Shown in pieces: positions 53,093-64,000 of a stretch of DNA of 64,000 nucleotides. The translations under genes and the position numbers were made by a program. The notes beneath the pieces are model-generated. The model did no database searches and had not been told where the DNA came from. It was given only the letters and a program-made list of their open reading frames with translations. This DNA is from Octopus sinensis (lineage: Eukaryota): the NCBI RefSeq assembly GCF_006345805.1, contig NC_042997.1:205282001-205346000 (forward strand), in the 5' to 3' direction. How positions within the stretch are numbered: position 1 is the stretch's first letter; every line of letters starts with the position of its first letter.

Positions 53093-53603
53093 GACTTTCT
53101 ATATATATATACATATATACATACATATATATATATATATATATAAAGTACGGCGGTTTTGTTCACAGTTGACATTCTGTTATATTGAACGTTGATATAT
53201 TCGAATCTTTTTCTTGGGATGTCTACTATATGAGGACTTTAACCCACATGGATATATGCAGGATTGAACCTAAAGACTTACGCTTATGGATCTACGCAGG
53301 ATTGCACCTAAGGACTCCTGCTTTGGCTTCCATAACTTCGGTAAGTTGAGCTATGAACGTTTATGCTTCGTGTTTCTTCTCTCTTTCCATCTCCTTATTC
53401 TTTTACTCCCTTCCTCTTTGTTGTCATCTTATTGATATATACCATTCGCATTTTCCATATTTTTTTCCCCTATTCATCTCTGATGACAGAATATCACATA
53501 CTTGGGGATATCTCAGAAACGGCTGTAAGACCATGAATTTCTTCCTGTAATAATATTGTATATGACTTGAAATGTTTGCCTTGCCTTTATGCTTGACGTC
53601 TTG

Positions 53604-53648
<45 letters not shown>

Positions 53649-53655
<7 letters not shown>

Positions 53656-54319
53656 TGTAGTGAATAAACTGTTATCTAAATTACGCAAAAATTAAAATAA
53701 CACTGACATCTCATTTTAACAGATATATTTACCAAAATTACATAAAGATATCTTGAAAAACTAAAGAGTAAATGTATTCAATAAAATCACAATTGGTTTC
53801 AACCACTGCCTTCAAGTGACTTCGGAATCTCCTGCAACTGTTCTGTACGGTATCCTTGTTTAAGTTGGAAATGCTGCCATAATCCTTGCCTTCAGTTCAT
53901 ACTTGGTAATACAAGGAGTTTTGCTGGCTTCTCGCTCAACTGAGCCCCACACATAATAGCCAAGTGGATGGCAATCTGGGGAACTAGGTGGCCAGACCTT
54001 AGGAGTGATGTGGTCGCAGGAATTGTCTAGCAGCCTCATAAGGCTGCCAAACAATTGTATTACCAAGTATGAACTGAAGGCAAGGATTATGGCAGCATTC
54101 GCCAACTTAAACAAGGAGACCGTACAGAAGAGTTGCAGGAGATTCCGAAGTCATCTGAAGGCAGTGGTTGAAACCAATTGTGATTTTATTGAATATATTT
54201 ACTCTTTAGTATTTCAAGATATCTTTATGTAATTTTGGTTAATATATCTGTTAAAATGAGACATCAGTGTTATTTTCATTTTTGTGTTAATTTAGATAAC
54301 AGTTTATTCACCGCACCTT

Positions 54320-54321
<2 letters not shown>
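53649..54321. mobile_element. Palindromic Tc1/mariner derivative made of two right ends
   Basis: ~265-bp inverted arms (53649..53914 and 54055..54321) in TA tracts. Both arms encode TKYELKARIMAAF; the left arm extends into WPPSSPDCHPLGYYVWG. Confidence 0.85.
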
Positions 54322-54361
<40 letters not shown>

Positions 54362-54363
<2 letters not shown>

Positions 54364-56642
54364 TAGCTGAAGGTGACCCGCTCTACACGCGGGTAAGAGT
54401 GTGGTTGTTACTTTCTGTTGCTTCCTTTCAGCACGTAAAAAGCACCATCCGAACGTGGCCGATTGCAGCGCCGCCTTGACTGGCTTCTGTACCAGTGGCA
54501 CGTAAAAAGCACCAACCAATCGTTGCCGCTGCGAGCCCCCCTGGCACCTGTGCCGGCGGCACGAAAAAAGCACCCACTACACTCACAGAGTGGTTGGCGT
54601 TAGGAAGGTCATCCACCTGTAGAAACACTGCCAGATCAGACTGGAGCCTGGTGCAGCCTCCTGGCTTCCCAGACCCCGGTCAAACTGTCCAACCCGTGCT
54701 AGGACGGAAAACGGACGTTAAACGATGATGATGATGATGATTCTCCCTCTTTGTTTCTCTCTCCTTTCTCTCTCACTTTCCCACTCTCTTACTTTTCTTT
54801 TCTCTCGGACTCTCCCTCGCTTTCTCTTACTCTCTATCTTTATCTATTTCTCTCCCATTTATAAACAACAAAAGATCTTGAGTAAGTTGAGAAATAAAAT
54901 ATTTAGAAAGATCAATCATAAATATCAGGCAGTAACAACGGAAATGTCTGCTTTAAGGCAGACAGCAAAACACTAACATTTAAAAGGGACAGACGAACTT
55001 GCGAGCTGAATAAAAATAATAAAATATTGGAAAGTAAAGTTTGAAGGGATAGAATGTGAGGATAGTAGAGTCACCATGACTGGCATTTCTTAACGACGGA
55101 CAGCAACGTATTGACAGATCAACGGCTGGCGTAAAATTTTGAACTTGATGGAAAAGAAAATTCGTAAACACCAAGTTTTGAAGTGATTCTTTCTCACGAC
55201 AGTAGACTCACCATGACAAGCATTTAAAAATTTTTCATCATGGACGGCAACACATTGATGATTAAAAGGCTGGCGCAAATTTTTTAGCTTGATGTAACAG
55301 AGAATTCCTAAACACCCGCTCCTTTAAATTTTAATCCCCTTCCAGCCACATTTAGACCCCTTTTCACATTTTGGTTAATATAACCCGATTTCATTCGGGT
55401 CTACTGGGGCCACATTTTATAAGATGAGGAATTTTGTCCTAGAGGTCACGCCTTTCATTTGAGGAAAAAAATAGTTGTCATACAAACTTGCCAGCACTTT
55501 TAACCCTTTCGTTACCAAACCGCCCAAAGCCGCCCGAAAAAAATTTTGGTTAATGTGACCAAACCGCCCAAACCCGCCCGTATTTACCTATTCATATTTA
55601 AATGAGAATATCAGAGCAAATCTCTTTATTACATTCGTGAAAACACGTGATTATACTTCGTAAACAGTTCAACTACAGTTTTGTACAACGATCGAAGTGT
55701 AATTTTTATTCCGTGAATTTTGGGAGATTGTTTTCCAAAATGTGTTCCTATTGTGTTTTCAAACTTTGTAATTCTGACAAAAAATGGATACGAATTTCAT
55801 CATATCAAGTAGCGAGTCAGAAATCGAAGGATTTTCTACTGAAGACCTTGATAAATCTAACTCTATGACTGAAAAAAAAAAGCACGTGGTATTTGATAAT
55901 GAATCTGATGTTTCATTTTCCGAAAGTGAAAACAGTGAATCCGAGAGCTCCGACAGCGATAAAGAAAATGAATTGGCACCTGAATGGAGTGAAAATTGAA
56001 AAACTGTTTCTTTCGGTGATTTTTCTGAAGAAACTGGACCAAGCCACAGACTTTCCCAGGAGAGTAAAGCCTTAGACTATTTCTTTTTACTTTTCCAATG
56101 AGCCTATTTGAAATCATTACGGTGGAAACGAACCGTTACGCTAAATATAAACAAAGCGAAAGAAAGGATAGAAAGTGGTTTCTCACAACCTTAAATGAAA
56201 TTAAGACTATTTTGCCATAAACATTATTATGGGTATCAGAAAGTTACCCAGAATAACAAATTCTATCGTAAAATTTTGTTGTATACCCAATTGAATATTA
56301 GCTAATAACCCATTTTCTATAGCGATGTTTGAACAAAATTTTAATAATTTTATATTTTGTTGAATTTACCTGTATCTACCTGCAATTAGAGTCACTTTGT
56401 GACAAAAATTATGGTATAGAATTGGTTGAGAACATTTCATTAAATTATCTTCCAAACATCAGATTAATATATTGATAAATAAAAAAGTTATAGTTGTTCA
56501 ATGAAACCAGACTAACTTTATGATTATGTTAGAAATTAATTGAAACACATAAGGGGTGTATTTTGGTCAGAAATATAGTAACGAAAGGGTTCATAGGTGT
56601 GCATATTTTCAGCTGAACCGACCGACCACATAATGCACACAT

Positions 56643-56676
<34 letters not shown>

Positions 56677-57346
56677 CGCGCACGCATTATATATACAAAT
56701 TATATATATGTATAAATTAAATTAGAGATAAAACCACTAATAGGCCAAAAAAAAAACAAAAAAAACATAAAAATAAAAATATAATATAGAAAATGTATAA
56801 AATTGAAAAATTTAAATTATTTAAATTTAAAATAAAAATTATTAATTATAGTTATAATTTGTTTAAAAATATATATAACTATCAAAAAGTATTAAAAAGT
56901 TTAATATACATAAATACAGATATATGCACTTTGTATATATACATTATATATACATATTTATATATCGAACACACACACACATATATAAATGAACGCAATG
57001 AATATCTGATTCATAATATTTGTTCTCATGATTGTGTGTTGTTGGTAGCGATGATAATTCTCATATGAATGCAGATAGATACATCAAAGAAAGCCGTCTG
57101 ATGAACTTATAAAGGGAAAGTGAAAGGGAGTTGAGGGGAATACATTAAATAACGGAGTGGACTTCTCAAAGTTAATATGAAGGGGAGTAAGAGAGGGAAA
57201 GGAGGAAATAGCGTGAGTGAGGAAGATGGCCCCTAGCAACCACACCTTTAAGATAGGGATTCTAAGGTAGCCCACGGGCATCGTCACCTCATTCTACATG
57301 TCCCTGTAAATTTTGGAGCGATCCAAGCGGTAAAAAACGCATTTCA

Positions 57347-57352
<6 letters not shown>
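54362..57352 (+). mobile_element. Same HINE-like element, copy 3 (more diverged, carries the piggyBac insertion)
   Basis: Starts actagctgaaggtgacccgc, has the same nested SINE and body, and ends aacgcatttcagttttata. Its flanks differ from copies 1 and 2. Confidence 0.5.
55504..56589 (+). mobile_element. Internally deleted piggyBac transposon
   Basis: ttaa|ccctttcgttac ... gtaacgaaaggg|ttca TIRs. An acidic Ser-rich N-terminus leads, across a stop and a frameshift, into a PGBD-like segment (FSEETGP..LDYFFLLF..IITVETNRYA..TLNEIK..IIMGI..LP). Confidence 0.85.
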
Positions 57353-57419
<67 letters not shown>

Positions 57420-57639
57420 ACAGGACGTCACGCATAATGGCAAACAACTCAAGTCATATACAATATTATTACAGGAAGAAATTCATGATCTTACAGCTGT
57501 TTGTGGGATATCTCCCCGAATACGAGATATTCCGTCATCAGAGACAAAATAAGGGGGAAAATATGGAAAATGAGAATGGTATATATCAATAAGATGACAA
57601 AAAAGAGGAAGGGAGTAAACGAATAAGGAGATGGAAAGA

Positions 57640-58180
57640 CTGAGTACTGTTGCTTATGCGGCATGGTGCAGAGTGCTGTTGCCAAACATCGGGTCTTCCA
57701 CCAGCCACTCTTTTGACTCAGGGCAGCACTACCTCCTCCATGCACTTGATGTAGGCCTCCGAGTTGAGTCTCGGATGTTGGCTGAATGTTTGAATTTTAT
57801 CACCATCTGATCCTGGCAGAAATTTTTTCTCGTCTGAGAAAAACCAATGCATGTTCAGTTGGAGGGGATGACTGGGTTTGTTCAAAAGCTTCGTGGCACG
57901 GTGTTTCCTCTTGTCCTTGAGGAATTGGGACAAAAAGTGGCCTTTTCTCATTTTGTATGAGGAATGTTGAATGTCTTCATGCACTACCTGCCCGATAAGA
58001 AACTCAGACACTTCCATGTCCCTGGTGATGGACCTGATTGACTTGGAGCATCATTGTCAATCATGGCCTGGATCTCACCAACAAATTCAGAAGTTCTTTT
58101 CTTAACAGAATGATCAGAGTGAGTTTTCCGAGCTGCCGTACATTCGTAATCACCATTAGACTCATCCAACCCCTATATAT
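57640..58180 (-). mobile_element. Tc1/mariner transposase relic
   Basis: YKMRKGHFLS..KRKHRATKLL..WFFSDEKKF..RLNSEAYIKCMEEVVLP (first catalytic Asp motif). Confidence 0.7.
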
Positions 58181-59075
58181 ATATGAAAAAGAAGAACGAA
58201 AATTAGATACATTTGTATTTCTTTTTATAAATACATTAAAAGAAAAATGTTTTTGTTTTACATGTTTCGGTTTTTGAAAAACATTATCAAAAAATTGGAA
58301 GATGTAGAGAAAAAGTTATTAATAAAATTATTAAATAAACGTTCATAGTTTACTTTCTTTTTTCCTGCAAGAGCAGGTAATTTCCTTTAATTTTCGTGGC
58401 ATTACTAGTGGCACTGTCTGTGATGGCAAATTACTACTGTCCGTGATGGTAAATTAAGTAGTGTGGTCAAGACTGTTTTCTATAGCAGTGGCTGGAGCAG
58501 TTCAATAACTAGCAGCAGTAATGATAATAGTCGTCGTGGTAAAGTTATCCCCCTGGGGTTTTAACAGAAATCTTTGTTTCTAATAAATAGCATGCATATC
58601 TATATATCTATATGTGTATATACACACTCGTATATTTTTTCTTTCTCTTTCTTTCTGTTGCAGCTGAAGGAATCAGACGTATTCTTGTCTGTCTCCTGTC
58701 CAAGCTTGTTTCTCCGCGTTGGCCACATCACCACAAAATCCCAAATTTTATAGAAATTGCTTCGTGAGAGCAAGTGTTCTATCGAAGGCGTATCTTGTCG
58801 TTGAATTGCTCGAAATACGGATTAGAAAAACAGCCGACAACTGATGAAGGGTCATTCGTTATGTTACTTGTCTTGTTTTCCATTTGTTTCTTTCGTTTTT
58901 GCAAAGAAAGTTCATATTCCATGTATTGGTATTTCGTTTGTTATGTTTACATTCCGTGACGTACTGTTCCCACATATTCATATGTATATACGTATAGATG
59001 TAAGTATGTACATATACTTATGTATATATGCATATATAGATGTATATATATATATATAGATGTATATATATATAT

Positions 59076-59156
<81 letters not shown>

Positions 59157-59158
<2 letters not shown>

Positions 59159-59414
59159 TATTGTTATATAAGCTTGAAGCTTATGACGATCACCGTGCAG
59201 TGACTAAGGAAAATAGTCTAATAAAGGGACATATAAGCTCTCGACAGAAAAAAGCTTTTCCTATCTGCATAGGAGTAGAGATGTGGGTTCGACCCCCACG
59301 CAGATAGGAAAGCCTTCTTTTTTCTGTCGAGGGCTTAGATGCCCCTTTATTAGACTATTTTCCTTAGTCATTGCACGGTGATCGACATAAGCTCTGAGCT
59401 TATATGAAAATACC
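59157..59414. repeat. 258-bp fold-back palindrome (MITE-like)
   Basis: Arms 59157..59268 and 59300..59414 are near-complementary; the loop contains gtgggttcgacccccac. Confidence 0.85.
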
Positions 59415-59587
59415 ATTATTATTATTTACAGGATTGTAAAAACGGCGCCGTGAAAGCATACATACATACATACATACATACATACATACATACATACATA
59501 CATACATACATACATACATACAACATACATACATACATACATACATACATACATACATACATACATACATACATACATACATACATA

Positions 59588-59620
<33 letters not shown>

Positions 59621-59814
59621 GATATATATTATATATATGTATATTTACGCATGTATATTACCATACATATGCATGTACATATTTATGATGCTGGGTATGT
59701 GTAACACTTTACATATATTTCAGTCAAGCTTTTTGTGTTTCTGTATATATATATATCAATAGAGATCGGCTTTATTAAAAGTTTACAATGTATTTAAAAA
59801 AGATGAAATAATTT

Positions 59815-60190
59815 CTAGGTTTGGCTGTGTGGTAAGAAGCTTTCTTCCCAACCGTCCGCATAATTCCGGGTTCAGTCCCACTGTGTCGCACTTAGGGCAA
59901 GTGTCTTCTACTGTAGCCTCGGGCCGACTAAAGCCTTATGAGTGGATTTGGTAGACGGAAACTGAAAGAAACCTGTCGTATATGAATATGTATATATTTA
60001 TGTGTTTCTGCTTGTCCCCCCACCACTATAGCCTGGTAACCTATGTTGGCGTGTTTACGTCCCCGTTACTTAGTGGTTCGGTAAAAGAGACAGACAGAAT
60101 AAGTACCAGGCTTACAAAGAATAAGTCCCAAAGTCGATTTCTTTGTCTAAGAGGCGGTGCTCAAGCACGGCCGCAATCAAATGGCTGAAA
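59815..60190 (+). mobile_element. tRNA-derived SINE (family of 8745)
   Basis: ggctgtgtggtaag..gggttcagtcccactg head and shared tail; ends about 90 bp from the copy 4 stop codon. Confidence 0.75.
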
Positions 60191-60276
60191 CAAATAAAAA
60201 AAACCAAAAGAATAATAGTAAAATATTATTTATTTATTTTTTATTGATTAATTAAAAAAATCCTTCGTTATTTATT

Positions 60277-62499
60277 TCATTCTTTAAACACATTAATTGT
60301 TTCAATAATTTTATCTAAAAGGGAACTGTCAAGATGAATGTTAGCATTGATTATTGACAATAATTGAGGGATGGTAGACGTCATCAATATCAAAGTAATC
60401 CTTGTGAATGCTGATAAGGCCAAGTCATTTCGATTTATTACATTGTTGCAAGCAAAGAAGAAAGATACGATTAGAAACAGTTTTATAATGGATTTACCAA
60501 TCTCGTATCTCAATGGAAAATGATGGTTAACAATCGTCTTGAACAGCTTGGCATTTATGAATTCCTCTCCGTATTTTGACTGAACTAAATTCGGGCGAAT
60601 AGTTTTGGTTAAATTTCTAGACTGAACAAGTATAGAGTCATATTGTTTCTGAATAGCTTTTATAACTGCAGTACCATAGACAAAAAACATTACAGCAAAC
60701 CATATATCACCAATAGTACCAGGCTTAGCAAGAACTGCAATACCTATTGAAAATACATAGTTGCAAAGGGCTTGAAAACTTGTAAGAAATATATAGACTG
60801 AATAAAGTCCCCATAATAGATAAAACGGCAATGATAGAATAGTTAGAATTACAGAAATAATCTTGAAAATATAGTTAGGATTCAAATACTGGGGGAAAAT
60901 ATAAACTCTAAAATAACTTGCTGGTAAAGTTAAAATCAAATAAACAGTTGGGATTCCGTAATAAAGGAGACACAGAAAAAATTCGCAGATAGAAAATACA
61001 ACAAATAGAATTGTAATGGCAACGAAAAACCAAAGTAATATGAATTGGCAGAAAATATTTTTCTTTTCGTAATAAAACCAAGTTTGCTTTATACGATTAA
61101 TCCAAGAATAAATTATTAAATGCCAGAAATTTGGGTTTAAAGCAGTAGAAATATTAGCTTTCATTATTGCATAGAGTAGATCATAATCCTGTAGAGTAGA
61201 AACATTTAAATTGCCATACTTCTCTAATAATCTCTTATTTTGAATGAGAAACGTGAAAGTGGATCTTTGATGTAATGTATTATAAGCGATAGTCTCGCTT
61301 AAACGACTGGGAAGAACGAAGAGGATAAAGTTGAAAGATACGTAACTGATTAAGCATGCAAACGGACCCCCAAAAAAGCCATCAGTGTTCTCATAACTTT
61401 CTGGGATTCCTAATATTAAGGCGCGATGTCCCAATGGTATACCATCTTGGAAAAGTATTTCTATCGTTTCATACAAAAAGAAGTAATGCATCAAAAGATC
61501 CAGGAAAATTACTGAAAGAGAGAATAGAATACAAAGGAATCTTCTCAGCCTTGAGGCTAAGAGAGTGGAATGGTGAAAGCAAAACAACCAAGACAGAAAA
61601 TGAGAGAATGTGTAAATATTATTGCTTTCATTGATCCACTCTGATTCGTGTGGCAATGTGTTTTTAGTTGTAAATAAGAATTCATCTTGAGCAAACAGTC
61701 GCAGACTGAGTTGACGGGAATATGAAGGTAATTTAGCTTTTGATACAAAGCTAATAATTAATGGTAATATAGCCCACAAAATGGCTCCAACGATGTTCTC
61801 AAAATTGACAAACATAGCATTTTCAATGATTTTTCCCGAACAAATAGATTTGGGATGATAAACATAGGTTCCATTTTTATAGATCTCACAGCAATAGTTC
61901 TTCAGTATCTCTCGGTTTATACCAATTCTTCTGTAAGCTTCAAGGGTGCTAGGGTTGTTCTTCTTCATATCATAAGACAAATTTATATAAAAACACATGT
62001 ATCCAGATTTTCCTTTATGCAATTTAGGGATAAATAAGATTTTTTTCAGTTCCTCGAAAATCAAATATATTAAATCATGTCTCTGGATATTTTGTTTTCT
62101 ACAGTGTATATTGATATCAATCCTTGGATTAGCAATGTAGACATCTAACAAATGAAAAGAGTGAATTGAGAAATCATAGAAAAACTTTTTATATGCTATT
62201 AAACCATCTGGTTCATCTGGAATCCAGGTAAAATGTCTCGCATTTGCAAAATAATCCAAAGGTATAGGGTTTAGTAGGTTATCAAATTTTTTATCAGATA
62301 AATGAACTTCAAAATTGAAAATCTTTTTTTCTAATTTTACTAAACGAAATAAAATCTCACTGACATTGGGAGAAATTTGAATTTCACAATCATTGTCGAG
62401 TTCCTTCGCATCGATGTTTAGTGATGTCAGTGTGACAATAAGAATGACTGAAAGAATAAGAGAACTGGTCGCTGCTGTTATCGTCTGCATGGCAGCCAT
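60277..62499 (-). CDS. Orphan multi-pass membrane family, copy 4 (740 aa), opposite strand
   Basis: Intact ORF homologous end to end, with a 16-aa longer first loop after TM1 and a shorter C-terminal tail. Confidence 0.92.
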   Translation of the reverse strand: MAAMQTITAATSSLILSVILIVTLTSLNIDAKELDNDCEIQISPNVSEILFRLVKLEKKIFNFEVHLSDKKFDNLLNPIPLDYFANARHFTWIPDEPDGLIAYKKFFYDFSIHSFHLLDVYIANPRIDINIHCRKQNIQRHDLIYLIFEELKKILFIPKLHKGKSGYMCFYINLSYDMKKNNPSTLEAYRRIGINREILKNYCCEIYKNGTYVYHPKSICSGKIIENAMFVNFENIVGAILWAILPLIISFVSKAKLPSYSRQLSLRLFAQDEFLFTTKNTLPHESEWINESNNIYTFSHFLSWLFCFHHSTLLASRLRRFLCILFSLSVIFLDLLMHYFFLYETIEILFQDGIPLGHRALILGIPESYENTDGFFGGPFACLISYVSFNFILFVLPSRLSETIAYNTLHQRSTFTFLIQNKRLLEKYGNLNVSTLQDYDLLYAIMKANISTALNPNFWHLIIYSWINRIKQTWFYYEKKNIFCQFILLWFFVAITILFVVFSICEFFLCLLYYGIPTVYLILTLPASYFRVYIFPQYLNPNYIFKIISVILTILSLPFYLLWGLYSVYIFLTSFQALCNYVFSIGIAVLAKPGTIGDIWFAVMFFVYGTAVIKAIQKQYDSILVQSRNLTKTIRPNLVQSKYGEEFINAKLFKTIVNHHFPLRYEIGKSIIKLFLIVSFFFACNNVINRNDLALSAFTRITLILMTSTIPQLLSIINANIHLDSSLLDKIIETINVFKE

Positions 62500-62509
62500 A
62501 TTTGGTTAT

Positions 62510-62534
62510 CTGTAAATAAAGAAAGATTGAACAA
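62510..62534 (-). promoter_or_regulatory. 3' splice acceptor 10 nt upstream of the copy 4 ATG
   Basis: Reverse complement reads tcaatctttctttatttacag|ataaccaaatATG. Confidence 0.7.
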
Positions 62535-63599
62535 GTCAAATTAATGAAGAATAATGTATTTTCTTCATTTTGTAAGTTTTTGAAATGGAGAATATTTATT
62601 TAAAGTAAAATGTAAATTAATTAATATACATAAATATTTTGGTCGATATATCCCAGGAAATCTTGTTTTGTTGTTTCCATTTCTCCATTGATTTTTGTTG
62701 TATTCATTCCTCATTTACCATTAAATGGGTTCTGAGAAACTTTTAATTGCAAGAAATTCCGGAAAGTATTCATTATAAACTGAATGTAAATCTATTTTAT
62801 TGTTTATTTTTCTAATAAAAAGAAGTATTGTGGCCAGCGAGGCAGAGGAATTGTTTATATTTTGCTGTAACGAACTTTCTCTCTATTTTTTGTTGTAATA
62901 TTTTCTAATTTAAAGTTTAGTGAATTCTTGAGGATTTTGTGATTGCAATCAATCTTTGGATTTACTCTGTTCCTAATTTATAAATGTTAATAATTGTATG
63001 AAAACCTGTGAAACTGGAATGACATTTGAACGAGGCCATATTCGAATTGAAAACGCAGATGTATGAAGCTAGGAATAATTTTGAATTAATAAAGTTTCTT
63101 GTGGCACTGTGTTCTCATGCGAACTTTCGAGTCCATGCTTCACTGAATGTCTTGTAACAGGCAGAGGATATTCTATGTTGCACTGTTTATAGGGGTGCAA
63201 AGGACAATTCTCCTGAGCTCCCTTGATATTGGCAGACCCCGCGATATTGGGATCCCACGCGATATTTGAGGACTCATCGATATTGGCGCTCCAATGATAT
63301 CGGGGGCCCATTTCTAAGAAGGATACGGAACACTCAATACAGGGAGGCTCTCCACTTCCCTGCCGTCTTGCAAGAAGAGGCTGTCTTTCAAATTACAAAC
63401 ATCACAGCTTCTTTTAAAATGGAATGGATTCTCTCTAATGCTAAATAACCATAGATTTTTCCACCACAGCGACATCAATTTATTCAATTCAAACAAGCCC
63501 CAAATGTTGCTAGAGATCTTTCTACTTTAGGGACACCCGTCTCAATACAATGACAGACATCAATGACGTCTCTTGAAAATGTATGTATATATGTATGTA

Positions 63600-63652
<53 letters not shown>

Positions 63653-64000
63653 TGTGTGTGAATCTATAGAGATAAAGAATCTCATTAAAAGAAACAAGTT
63701 TTATAAATCTTTAGTTCAAATTCTTTCTTTCAACGAATGATGGAGCAGTGACCTTCGAATGACCACTTGCAAATATAAAGGTACACACGCACATGCACTC
63801 GCGCACACACGTACACACACGCACACACACACACGAACACGAACACACACACTAACACACACACTCACATACTTACACACCCATGCACACACAAACACAC
63901 ACACAAACTCACATACACACACCCCCACACACACACATGCACACACTCACACATACATTCACACACATGTTCCCACACATACAAACAAACACTCACACAC
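63600..64000. repeat. (GT)n/(CA)n microsatellite-rich tract, representative of many (TA)n, (TACA)n, (CT)n and (TAA)n tracts in the window
   Basis: Directly visible simple repeats; they generate most of the YI/CV/HT ORFs in the track. Confidence 0.95.

Noticed and set aside
58800-58870. Further hammerhead at ctgatga near 58840
   Set aside because: No stem II plus GAAA plus NUH arrangement could be assembled around the core.

Overview
AT-rich, microsatellite-dense animal genomic DNA with one 100-N scaffold gap (33614-33713). The SINE and repeat repertoire looks like an Octopus genome; this is recognised from memory, not from a search. The only host genes I can support belong to one family I cannot name. 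Each has a single coding exon of about 733-740 aa, with a signal peptide, a six-Cys ectodomain and roughly 9-10 hydrophobic segments. There are three intact copies (17762+, 43520+, 62499-), one full-length copy broken by a 1-bp deletion (3380+) and one truncated pseudogene (about 50.5-51.4 kb, -). All four full-length copies have a splice acceptor exactly 10 nt before the ATG. Two copies lie in a recent duplication of at least 7.4 kb. The rest is mobile DNA: an intact R4/Dong-clade LINE in a (TAA)n tract, Penelope-derived GIY-YIG elements with no visible RT and with well-formed hammerhead ribozymes, CR1/RTE/R4 relics, a piggyBac relic with its empty site visible in a sister copy, mariner MITEs, Helitron-like non-autonomous elements, SINEs and several long fold-back palindromes.
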